In this document: piece after piece, positions 11,339 through 22,961 of the stretch | How the letters are laid out: every line of letters starts with the position of its first letter | How positions within the stretch are numbered: position 1 is the stretch's first letter | Source: Schizochytrium sp. TIO01 | Taxonomy: Eukaryota; Protista; Bigyra: Labyrinthulomycetes | Assembly (NCBI GenBank): GCA_004764695.1 | Contig: SMSO01000031.1 | Location: 7,050,761-7,114,760, forward strand | Direction of reading: 5' to 3' | Length of the DNA: 64,000 nucleotides | Notes under the pieces: generated by a model | The model's database searches: none | What the model was told of the DNA's origin: nothing | Seen by the model: the letters and a program-made list of their open reading frames with translations, nothing else | Program-made: the position numbers and the translations under genes

Positions 11339-11382
11339 ACAATTTACTGACTTGACTTGGACTCGGTTTTTTCTGCCAACTA

Positions 11383-11901
11383 AAGCAAACTCAGAACTCC
11401 TAGACCCTGAGAAACAGCAAACCCCGAATCACAGAACCAGAACTATACAAAACCAAAACTTGAACAAGCTCACGGTCTAAGAGACAAATCGTCAAGTCTA
11501 GACATCCTCACCATACCCAGAGAACTTTAGAGTACCTCCAACTACACGCAACAATATACGACGAGCCCCATTACTTGTGAAAGACTATGTGCATCACCCG
11601 CAGCCATACCATGACCATGAACAACCACCTTGCCGTCACAAACGCTACCAAAAGCAAAACTACACTCAAGATCAAGAAGAGTAAGAGCCACAGTCCCTTG
11701 TCCCTCTCCGTACGCCGCAGCAAACGGCTTAGTATTGCGTGTGAAGACACTGCTTCGGTCACATCTAGCACGAGTTCTCACGCAAAGCGAGGAGCTCGGG
11801 TAAAGACTCATTTATCTCCACGGCGTCCTCGGCGTGCATGTGCTCGTGCAAGCTACCGAGGCAATCCGCGCCCTCTCCGTGCTGCACGTCTCCTTCATGG
11901 A
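11383..11901. repeat. Right arm of a 519-bp inverted repeat
   Basis: Reverse complement of 9918-10436. The spacer, 10437-11382, is 946 bp. Confidence 0.97.
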
Positions 11902-11907
11902 TTATAA
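11587..11907 (+). CDS. Small highly basic protein, copy B (106 aa)
   Basis: Same ORF as copy A with one synonymous and two conservative (I/V, I/L) differences. It ends GGA-TTA-TAA and has 24 K+R against 2 D+E. Confidence 0.62.
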   Translation: MCITRSHTMTMNNHLAVTNATKSKTTLKIKKSKSHSPLSLSVRRSKRLSIACEDTASVTSSTSSHAKRGARVKTHLSPRRPRRACARASYRGNPRPLRAARLLHGL

Positions 11908-12184
11908 ATTTATGCAAATTTATAATGTACACAGATTTAAAAAACAAGTTTAGAATAACATATATTGAAACTAAATCGTTATGCATCGAAACCTTGCACA
12001 AGAGTTGCGAAAATCAAAGCGGTTTCAAGAGACACAACTAGATTGCAACATAATTTCAAGTTTTGATTTCACCAGTACAACCTTAGCTTGCGATAAGGAT
12101 TCTCTTTTTCAGAGTTTGACAAGTCTGTTTATATTTTATAGAGTCTTTGTGTATAGCAGGTCTGTTTAAAAGGAAGCCAATAGC

Positions 12185-14311
12185 CTATGCCATCTTCACT
12201 TGAAGACGATACTCGCTCAAGGTTGCATCCGGAACACGGGATGGAGAACCGGTCAAAAGCTCCTGGCCAGCTGCTGATTTCGGGAATGCAATCACATCTG
12301 CGATTGAGGGAGTATCAAGAAGAACCGACATAAGGCGATCAACCCCCAAAGCAATGCCTGCGTGCGGCGGACATCCAGAGCCCAAAGCAGCCAAAAGGTG
12401 ACCAAAATAGGGTTCAATACGATCCTTTGGAATCCCAAGTACGTGTTCAAAAATGTGGCGTTGCAAGGCTGCATCGTGCACACGGACTGAGCCACCGCCA
12501 AGCTCGGCGCCATTGCAAACAAGATCATATGCCTGGGCATACACGCTAAGCATCTCATCCTGAGATGGACCGTCATCTGCAGAATAGCAACTATAGGAAC
12601 GGACAAGATCAATGTGTTCAGGCTTTGGCATAGTGAAAGGGTGATGCATACTACGCAGCCCTCCATCCTCAGCAAGTTCAAACATGGGGAACTCGCGGAC
12701 CCAGAAAACGTCTAGCGGGGACTGCTGGCTAGCGCGAAGACGCTCCCCTGTAGCATCACCAACGGCCAAGCGCATGCGACCCATCACTTCGCAGAGCGCA
12801 TCACGTCCAAGACGCGGAGCTAGACCGTCTCCTTGGCACACGCCGAGAACGATTGCCTCGCCAGGTTGGGCGCCGATTGTTGCCAGTAACTCCGACTTCT
12901 CATCTTCACTCAGCTTAGCGAGCATAGGAAGCACCTTTTCATTTGGCGAAGCGTTCAGACGCATTGACTCCCATTCGGCAGATGCTGCACTCTTCGAAGA
13001 TGTGCGAATCAATGCAAGGCAAGATGGAGCATTTGCTGGTGCATCGGCAAGGCACTGTGCTGCAAGCGCCTCCCAAATCTTGCGACTAGGCTGCCAGTTG
13101 GACGCTACAGACGCAGGCACACGAAACGCGCGGGCATGTACACCACGGTTAAAACGTGAAAAACCTTGAGCTGACACCATCTCCATTCCAAATCGGGTGT
13201 CCGGCTTGTCTGAGCCAAATCGCAGCATGACTTCATCGAAAGTCATGCTTTGCAAGGGCCAGGACACATTGTTCAGGGCTCGCAAAGGGGCTGGAATGTA
13301 GGTTTCCTCCCATGCCTCGTTTTCGCTAGGAGAGGCGCCTAGAGGGGGGGTTTCTTCGATATTGCGGGCAAACTCCTTTGCCTGGCGAAGGGCACTTGCT
13401 GCGGCACGGCCAAGCACCGTTTCGATCACTCTGTGTATGTCTTTACTCGTGACAAAACTCATTTCTAAATCAAGCTGCGTGAATTCAGGCTGGCGGTCTG
13501 CGCGGCCATCTTCGTCGCGAAAGCAGCGCGCTACTTGAAAGTAGCGCTCAACGCCACCCGCCATTAGGAGTTGTTTGTACTGCTGTGGACTTTGAGGAAG
13601 GGCATAACAAGATCCAGGCTCGCCATTTCGGGTCGGCACAAGAAACTCTCGTGCACCCTCTGGAGTAGATTTGAAAAGCATCGGCGTCTCGACCTCAACA
13701 AAGTCGAGCGGAGCCTCTATGAGAGCAGATCTTGCTGCGTGCAGAAGGGCCGAGCGCACACGTAAGTTACGCTGCATTTCTGCTCCGCGCAGGTCAAGAT
13801 GCCGGGCACGCAGACGGACCTGCTGGCTAGCGACTCCAGATTCTTTCTTGCCAGATTTGGAATTCTTCGAGTTCTTTTTGCTGTTGTTATTGTTGGGGTC
13901 AGAGGTTACAGCAATTGCAGCCGCACGAGGACGGAGTCTCCTCTCTACAGGGATTGGCGCAGGCTGAGACGGCCTGTTAAGCACTTCAATTTCGTCCACA
14001 TGCATTTCTACAACGCCAGTCTTCATACGATCATTCACCATTTCCTCAGGCCGAGGCAAAATAGTGCCGCACACTCGAACAACAGTCTCCTCGTGCAAAT
14101 CCTGTGCAATGCCAAGAGCTGGAGAGGATTCGTCACATTTCAACTGCACACTGCCCTTTGCATCTCGCAAATTCATGAACAGCAAAGGTCCATATCTACG
14201 AGAAGATTGCACCCATCCTTGGGCCTCCACGCGAACCCCGACAAGTTTATCACCAATTTCTCCGCAAGCAACTCGTCGAGCTGCCTCGTAAAGCACTCTT
14301 GAACGCCGCAT
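12185..14311 (-). CDS. DARS2: Mitochondrial (bacterial-type) aspartyl-tRNA synthetase
   Basis: 708 aa with an OB-fold N-terminus, FVEVETPML..STPEGAREFLVP, YALPQSPQQYKQLLM, RYFQVARCFRDEDGRADRQPEFTQLDLEMSF and GCPPHAGIALGVDRL. The Arg-rich N-terminus resembles a presequence. Confidence 0.95.
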   Translation of the reverse strand: MRRSRVLYEAARRVACGEIGDKLVGVRVEAQGWVQSSRRYGPLLFMNLRDAKGSVQLKCDESSPALGIAQDLHEETVVRVCGTILPRPEEMVNDRMKTGVVEMHVDEIEVLNRPSQPAPIPVERRLRPRAAAIAVTSDPNNNNSKKNSKNSKSGKKESGVASQQVRLRARHLDLRGAEMQRNLRVRSALLHAARSALIEAPLDFVEVETPMLFKSTPEGAREFLVPTRNGEPGSCYALPQSPQQYKQLLMAGGVERYFQVARCFRDEDGRADRQPEFTQLDLEMSFVTSKDIHRVIETVLGRAAASALRQAKEFARNIEETPPLGASPSENEAWEETYIPAPLRALNNVSWPLQSMTFDEVMLRFGSDKPDTRFGMEMVSAQGFSRFNRGVHARAFRVPASVASNWQPSRKIWEALAAQCLADAPANAPSCLALIRTSSKSAASAEWESMRLNASPNEKVLPMLAKLSEDEKSELLATIGAQPGEAIVLGVCQGDGLAPRLGRDALCEVMGRMRLAVGDATGERLRASQQSPLDVFWVREFPMFELAEDGGLRSMHHPFTMPKPEHIDLVRSYSCYSADDGPSQDEMLSVYAQAYDLVCNGAELGGGSVRVHDAALQRHIFEHVLGIPKDRIEPYFGHLLAALGSGCPPHAGIALGVDRLMSVLLDTPSIADVIAFPKSAAGQELLTGSPSRVPDATLSEYRLQVKMA

Positions 14312-17300
14312 GGCGACTTGGTTTTGATTGGCCTTCTTTGTCTACTGCTGCTTCTCAGTCAACCAAAACACAAGACAACAAAAATCAGGCAATAGGACAA
14401 CAGCTTTATCCTAAAGAGCAAGAGAATCTTCTCGCGACGCAGCGGTCACTCAAGATTTCGACTTGAACGATGCTCGTCTTGGGTGCAAACCAAACTCAGC
14501 GCTATCTGCTACCCTGCTCCTCGCAGTGATCGCTGCTTTGGCGCAACGCATTTTGCTAAACTTTCAAAAGAACGAAAAGAACGGAACACTGGAATATATG
14601 ATTGTGGCCTCTAAACCCCAACGTCATTTTGGAGCTACAAATCTAAATGCCTTTATGTTTTCGTTATTGGGTTTGAGCGATATGAATTTCGGAATAGAGA
14701 TATATTTTGTAATGTTTAAAGTGGAGCAGATCAGCAATAAAAAGAGATTACGGTGTTAAACAAGGAAAAAGTAGAAGACAACCTTTGCCAAATTATGGAA
14801 TTTACTGTAGACACAAAGCATATTTTAACAAAATAGACACCTGAATCAAAGCATTGCCAATAAGCGGAGCACTTTTTATGATAGCACTTTGCAAGGCTAG
14901 GTAGTGTTTTAGAAGGGTATTCGAAAGAGGATATCTTTGATAAATATATTTCGAAGCTTCAGTCTAATTCTGTTTCGAAAGAACCAAGAAGTTTCAAAAC
15001 GTTCTTTCTTATTATGTGGTGGTGTTTAAAATGGTATCTTTGTGATTGTACAATTGTTTTGGATTAGTCTTTGTTGCTACCTAGGTGGGATGTTTCGAGT
15101 CATTCAGCATATAGACAACACTGTAGTTTGGGTGCAGCAAAAACTGTTTAGATAAAACGTTAGGTAACTTCTTCGGGAGTCACCTGGAATTACTGCGTTC
15201 TTATTTTTTCAGCTACCTTGGTATTCCGGATACAGTCTTATAATTAACACGAAATTGTAAAATTTTCAAATTACAGTAAAATGTCTGCTACTTGTAATGT
15301 CAAAACTGGCAACCTTGTTTGCTTTTTTGCGCGAATTGCATACATTGCTTAATATTGCAAAGTGCAGCTAAAAGAAGAGAAAATATCCCAACCTTCCTTG
15401 TCTTTAAAGAATCCTGAGCTGTCCGTAAGGCATGAATGGTTACAAAGTCGATTGAAGCGTTTTAAAGAGTATTCCCACGAGCCTGCGTTAAGAAGTTATC
15501 CTAACTTTATAATCTATTCAAGAGTTAGAGAGCATTCAAGGAAGCACGAGAGCTCACTCTTGATTGCTACAGAAAAAGTTGTAGCACCCTCATGGCTACT
15601 TAATCTCAGTTAGTAAATTTTCGTATTTTTGGACTCTTTCGCGGTTTCTTCCAAGAAAAATCAGGTGTAGTACCTAGAACTTAGGTATTGTAGATACTTC
15701 TACTAAATCAATTCTCTGTTAGTTCTTATTTTTATAATCTTGGCTGATAACTTGGTTGAGATAGTTCACCTATAACACTTCATTTTTATTTTATTTCTTA
15801 TTGTTATATAGGTAGATTGGTAACCTCCTGCATGCTCTTCGCTGATTCAACCTCAATTAGGTCACTGCCTATGTCAGCTGGACTTTTCTCCCTGATGTTC
15901 AGCTTGGGTCTACTTTGCTGGCGGTGATCCTAGTAAACTAGATATATAACATGTAGGTGGAGTTATAGGAAGATACAGTCTGAGGATTATCCCCAGCAGA
16001 GATTGATGACGAGATGGCAAGGTGTTAGTTATTGACGTTTAGGGAAATTCTCTATTAGTCAATTATAGAGAATCAGTTTGAGAGAACAAAAATATACTTA
16101 GATATAAACACTATGTTATATTAGCATTAGCATCAACATGAGCAGTATTGATTATTCATGTCTGATAGAAATTGTATTATTACGAGGTTCTGCGTACTGT
16201 TGCGTTAGAGGCTTTACTACATCATTGCCAACAATGAGTAAGATGCGAATCTTGATCTGAGTATCTTCAAAAGTGAGTGCTCTGTATCGCTAAAAATGAT
16301 CATAAATTGATAGGTACTTGCTAGCGAATTTAACGTTGAAGAGATAGCTTCTTAAATTTAGTGTAGCATAGGACACAATTTTGGATTGCCCAAAAATTTG
16401 TGTTTTTAAGAAAGACTTTAAATCGAATCCTCAAATAATTCATACAAAAATTGTGCAGGTGCTTCTGTAAGAAAATTTGTTCCATGAAGACTGTAGTCGA
16501 GTTCTCTGGTGGGAACTTAATGTCGCATGCATATAGTACTCAAAAGGGAGTGGTGGAAGAACGTTTCTATTTCAAAATTCAATTTGAAGTTGCGTTGTGG
16601 CACTTCACTCCAGCTAAAGGACAACTTAAAATTTTAGTTCGGTCATACCCTCGATTAAGTGCCAATGCTCTGTACCATTGTATGGAGTAGGAAAGAATTG
16701 AAAGTCCATTTAGTTATTAAAAAAACAAGCAAAAAAGCAGCCGTTAGGAGTGTTCAAAATTAAGGCGCGATTTCTATAGGTCATCACTTTGATGCGAATT
16801 AAAATCACTCGGTATTCTTATATGCACAAGACTTTTGCTCCTCTGGACGTTTTTCAGGAACTATGATGAAACATGGATGTCAAAACGTTGACAACGGTGT
16901 TGGAGATTAACGTTTTAATTTTGATACAGGTGCGTGTAATGTGTGGTGCAGAACGTCGGGATGCCACGATTCTAGAAGCATCTGAGCTTCGGTGTGCGTA
17001 TGACTTATACAGCATGATTGTTCTGATTTAAAATATAAGGAATGACTGGTTACCACTTCTGTCATGGTTCGCCGTTATGCCTTTCTGTTCTTTTACAATT
17101 CTAAATTATTCGTTTGTGGAGGGTGTTTCCATTCAAGCACTTTGAGGCGGTCATCTGAGGTAGCTGCACCTGAAAAAGGCCGTCTCACGAGCATTCAGCT
17201 CTTCTCATATTCACCATGATGTCACTCAGAGTGCTCTGTAGACACTCCTCGTTACAAAATTTCGCAATATCTCTTCTACTGCCCTGAGAATGATAAATGA

Positions 17301-20300
17301 TAATTTTCTCGTGAAGTTTTACACCAAAGCCCCCCGAGGAGCTGCAACAATTGCCGTAGCCTTCCCTTTCCTGGGCTCCTAGATAAAGGCACCGCCTGTT
17401 TGGCAATGCGTCTCGCATGTATACTACAAGCCTCTGATGAAGACAACTTGAGGAGTTGATGTCTTCAAGCCAGCGTGCTGTTTAGCTCAGAATAAGGTTT
17501 CGTCAGACCTGTCATCGAACATACTAGAGAAGAACAAACAAAAAAGACACATTCTCGACGCTGAGCGCCGTGAATCTCCTAACGATTGGACCTGCCTGCC
17601 TAGAACCTTGACAAGTGTGCTCACATTTCAAGACAGACAGACTCGCATCATCATCTAAAAGGTAGACCGCCTACCTACAGATAGATGTTCATTATCAACC
17701 CATGTAGGTCATGAATGGATCCCATGGGAACTTCCTCGCTTTTGAAGACCAAGCACTGTTGCTTGTCGGGATCGCTAGCTCGCTCTGCATAACAGTCAAT
17801 CGGACGAGGCTACGAAGGGACCACTGGTTTCCAATGAGAGAAAACACTCTGAACGAGAGCAGAAAAACACAGCTAGCACTCACATAAGCGATATGCTAAC
17901 CAGAGTAGCTTCAGGTGCTGTGAACTTGCAGCCATGCTTGTGCGAAGGCGTGGCATTGACGCTAGCCTCAGCGGAGATTCTGGTGGCTAAGGGAGTGGAG
18001 AGTGACGAGCCGTGCAGATTTTAAGGGAGCAGCAGCATAGGAAATGAAGGACAGTCTAGATTCGCCCACTCTCCTGGAATCTCCCTTCTTCTTCATCTCT
18101 TCCTTGTCCTCTGCAAGTAACACAATAGACAGACTTCCTTTGCATATTTTATTTTCTATAAGGTTATTTATTATTTTGAAAATTTGTAAAATTGTAAAGA
18201 GCTTTAAAGAGCTTTGACATTTTAGTTTTGGGGTAAATAAAGGAACAGACTTTCGACAAAAGAAAACATTTTCACGTGGTGGCTTATTCGGCGCTGTCAC
18301 TTTAGACGAAGGTGAGGGAATGGACCGTTTATGGTAAACTGATTGGTGTCGGCCGTTGGACCTTGCCAGCAATGCAAGGTGACCTGACTTTGGGGTAGCC
18401 TATTCTTGCGATAGCAATAAAAGAATGTTAAACGTACTTTTCTTCTGCTTTTCCCTTTTTTGGGGGTCTGTCTGGCTCTTGATGTTAAGGTTGATTAAGG
18501 AAATGTTACTATTATTTTTGAAAAGGTTTTTAATAATAATAGTAATAATAAACTATTAAAAAAACTGGTGGGCTGGGTATGCCATCCAGTAAGTTGACAG
18601 GATCTTGACTGGTGATTTATTTGGGCCAAGAAAGGCAACTTTGGCAGGAAAGGGCAAATGTTTACGATAAACCTTGTTAGATGAATTGTTATGGTAGAAC
18701 TCAGAACTTTAGGATTCATCCATCTCTCTGGAGGGTTGCGTGCGACTCCTCGTTTAAGTTCCTTGGCGTCCAACTCGTCGCTCACATAAGTAGGTACCCA
18801 TAATTTGTGGATGCATGAGGATTCTATGATCCCTATTCACGGCAGTGGTCCAGTTCTATTTGATTACTTATCATGGAGCCATCACTGACATAATAGTAAA
18901 ATGATTTGTCAAAGCCTGCATGGAGCAATTCTTACGATAAAAGCTGGACATCTCTACGACCATAATTTGGAAAAGCGTGACCTTCACTTTGGTTATAATA
19001 AAAGCAGCATTGTCCTTATCAGATTCATTGTGCAACCGTGTACTTCTCGACAATTTTGCACTCGATTTCCACGTTCCTGTCAAATTCCCACTTCGCTGAG
19101 GCACCGTCCCAGTAACACAGGAGCATCAATGGGAATTAAAGGCCATGCAAGAGCAATCGCGCAGAGAACCTCCGTATTAGCTAGCGTGACTATTGCTCAG
19201 ACTTCTGCCCGCTAAGCCGAACCGTCATTGTCATTTGAGCAGTACGTAATAGATGAGCTTTCTGCTGTTTGTTTCTTTGGCCAGACTTCAAGAATGCGGA
19301 TTCCCTAAAACAAAAGAGTGTGAACCGCACGAGCGATGGCACGTGAGTTTCTATTTTGCCGTGAACGAAGGCACAAGTTGCCTGACATACGGGGCCTTTT
19401 TAACAATCAACGTTTAAGTTTTTTGAGAAGGTTACATCGCTCACCAACTACTATACCTGTGTCTGCCTACCATTGAGTGATGCATCCTTCTCTTTCTAAT
19501 TGTGCTGGTACTGTAGGCATCGGGTGTTGAGCATCTAGCCTCACGGACTGCATGCCCAGCTCTCTCTGCTTTATTTTATTGATGTATACAAGCTTTTTCC
19601 CCTGAAAACAAAACTTTTAAAAACTATAACCTAGTAGTATTCTACTTCCTATTGCATAATGTTTTAAATTAAAACTTTTCTGACCAACCTATATAACTTT
19701 CTTTAGCGATATATCATGTTTTCTTCAAGGCAAAAAAATAAAATAAAAAATAAAAAATAAAAAAATATATATATATATACTAGGTGTGACCTACCTTGTA
19801 TAGGTAGGTCGTACGTAGAGTAAGTTTAATTCTGGAAAATTAAAATATAAAATAAAAACGTTTTAGACCATCATAGTCTTGTTTTGTCATAGATCATCCC
19901 TTAAGTCTTCTCTTTGGAATTCTGAAGGAATGTCAATTAACTGCTAACCTTGCACGAAATGTGTGAAAAGTCAGATGCATAAACCTTCAGGAGTCTCCGG
20001 AAAATTCATACCGGTGGACGGTCCTCATCACGAGCAATGAGGCATGCAGCAAAGTGCTACATCTCCAACTGATGTGTTTCCCTTGTCCAACGCTTTCTCG
20101 GCACATGGGGCCTTCGGAAATTTCGGCAAGGCCACGAGACCTCACGTGGGTCGCGAATCTAGAGCTTTGTGTTGTGGCTACCTTGCTTGTTTTCATCACT
20201 AATTTCTCTCATTCCTGATACTTGGAATTAGAAAGTTAAATGAAATCAGCGACACAGAACAGGTGACAAGCTCACATCTCACCATTGTAACCTAACAGTA

Positions 20301-22937
20301 TGAGGAGTGAATTTGCGCTTCGTAATTTAAGATGCGTATTGAACCTTTGTAAGAGTGGATAGCTCACATTCGGTTTTGTCATTTTTAATTTTCTACTGTT
20401 ATTCTGTTATTTGTACCTCGTTTCCATTGCTTTCTTTCAAAAAAGAAAAGAAAGGTCATGGAATATCTCAATTTCATATCTTCTGGGCTTCGTACCAAGA
20501 GAAACTCATAATGTATTATTGGTTGAGTTTTGCAGACGTATGTATTGTGCCTATGACAGTGAGCGCAGGCTGTAGTAATAAATACAACCCATACAACTTA
20601 TTGAAGGTGATGTATTTTCTGTTACTGACCAACCAGTGAATCGATGCAGCAATCAATCAATTAACTACCCAGTTATATTCATTCAACTGGCCGTGGAGGT
20701 TCGTATCCGTGCCTCCGTTTGAAGTATGAGGGAAGTTGCAGTGTAGCACTACCAAAGTCAGCGGTGTCTCGGCAGTGAGCAGTTCGCTAGAATGTCCAAA
20801 GTCGAAGGGATGGGATGACCCTATCGGTCTTGCGAGCAAAGGTTCAGGCAAACTCACGGCAGGATTTGTCATGAACGGTGTTGAATTTTCCTCCATTTTT
20901 CTCGTATTGCAAACGTGGCAGTCGTCCGTTTTCATGATGACTGTAGTCTGCAGAGGGACGAGATAGACCAGGCTGTTATGGTACCGCTCGAGATCTGCAG
21001 CAACAAAATATACCAGGATGCAGCAGATAGCTTGGTCTTCTTTTTCAATTCTCACTCGCTACGAGAATTCCACATGTTTTTCTTCATGCTTCGTGCCTCT
21101 ACCTGCTCAGTACATTCTGTGAATCTGGATGAGTTTTTTTAACTTGGAGAACCACTCACCTCCTTGCTATTTGAAAGGCTAAAAGCTTCTGGTACCTAAA
21201 TTTCTGATCAATCATCTTCTTTTAAAAATTAAAATTAACATTTAAAAATACTAACAATGCACTATTGGCTTTCTTTCTTGGCGTCGAGAGTTGCGATAGC
21301 TATGACGACAACACGACCCAACTTCAACCAGGGAGTCGAGAATCGAGGCAAAAATGACGACAGCGCTATCCAACGTCAAGATGAGGTCAACCTTAAGCTG
21401 CGTTCTACTGTGCTTCGAGCTCGGTAGATACCTGGTAGCAGATGTTGGCAAACAGGCAGCGAAGAGTGACGAATGGAAACTTTTCTTGGAGAAGAATCGA
21501 CAGCAGCAAAGCCAGCCAACTTGAACATAACAAGTGCCTAGGCACTACCTTAATTAATACAAAAATTAAAATAATAGAGTTGCCGAGAAGAGGACAGCGT
21601 GAACGCCGCCGGGGACCGCCTGTTTGCTACTGAGGCTTTTGTTGAAATCTCGACTCGGAGCTGGCCGGCGTGTCGGATTGATTGGTTAAGCAGCTGTTTG
21701 TTCTATTAATAGAGGAAAACAATGCGGCAGATCTGTTGAGGGAATACCAGCTGGACCCAGTCTAACGCGTTCATTCACCACAACTGAAGCTTGTTCTCTT
21801 CTTTTCTCTGAAAGCGTTTCTTTCCAAAATGAGAATCAGGCTGGTTATACTATACTATGGTTTTAGATTTTTCGCTTTCTTTCAGAATATGTAATCCTTT
21901 GCTCAACCGTGGCATACGAGATGTCTCACTTTCAGATATCGCTTGTTTTCACTATTGCCGCTTTGCTCTTCGTGCATTCCTTTCCTGCATACAGCCATTG
22001 TGTTCTTGAAACTTGAACTTCTACAAAGGATGAATCATTTATAATAACTGCCAGATTAAAGGAAACGGGCCATTCTTGTGAATGCAGTATTCACCCCCCA
22101 AGAGTGTCATGCCACCCTGGGTGTTGTCGTTCGCCTGAATCTGATCTCGCTTCTGACCTGTGTAGATTTCAAGCTGCTCGATCGCCGGCCGGGCCTTATT
22201 CGCAAGCCTGACCCGGTCTCGAGGGCTTGACGTCAATCTCAACGGACCAAAGGTAAGGATCCTCCTGCTTTTCCACCAAATAAATAAATGTCTTGTCATT
22301 TCTTTCAGGAAAACCACTTTCATGTGATAAAATAGCAAATAAGAAAACTTGTAGTTCATGAAATGATCATGTCTCACAATGACGTACAATTACGTGTACT
22401 AATGATAGTTGCAGTTTCGTGAAGGCATCCCTGGGAGCTCGAATATGTGAAACCTGGTGTATCAGAGCAAAACATCGCCGATGCCAGAATATTTTTTTTT
22501 ATAGTTCTCATGTTGAAAGATGCTAGTTTCATAATTGAATCTTCAAGTTATCAATCAATCTAACAATTTCCTTTTTTTTTTTTTTTTTTTTTTTCCCAAA
22601 ATATTTTATAAAAGAATAAAAGAATAAAATGTAATATTCACCACTGCAGGTCGAGAAGTAATATATTTCTGAATAAATCCAACCTGCAATGCCACGTTTG
22701 CAATAAATGCGCAGCAAACCCGTTGCAAATTATTATGCAATAGTACTCTATCTCGGCAGCAGTTGCAGACGGAATCTTCTCGTCCCTTTCCCTCGCTGCT
22801 CTTCCATTGAGGTCTTCCCTTTTCTAAAATGAGTGTACCTACGTACATACTTTCGCTTCTTCTCTGTCACCCCTTCGTAGTTTCATGCAAAACGCAGCAG
22901 GTACTGATACTTCGGTAGCATTGGCACCCTTCTTCAA

Positions 22938-22961
22938 GTTTGTTTGTTTGTTTGTTTGTTT
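22938..22961. repeat. (GTTT)6 microsatellite
   Basis: Read directly from the sequence. Confidence 0.9.

Noticed and set aside
9918-11901. Inverted repeat as the TIRs of a DNA transposon or MITE
   Set aside because: There is no transposase in the spacer and no target-site duplication (flanks CACAG versus TTATA), and the arm ends track a gene structure. Not fully excluded without a genome-wide copy count.
20657-21055. 132-aa minus-strand ORF in the gene-free region
   Set aside because: It has a non-ATG start, no motif and no clear codon bias, so it cannot be supported without expression data.
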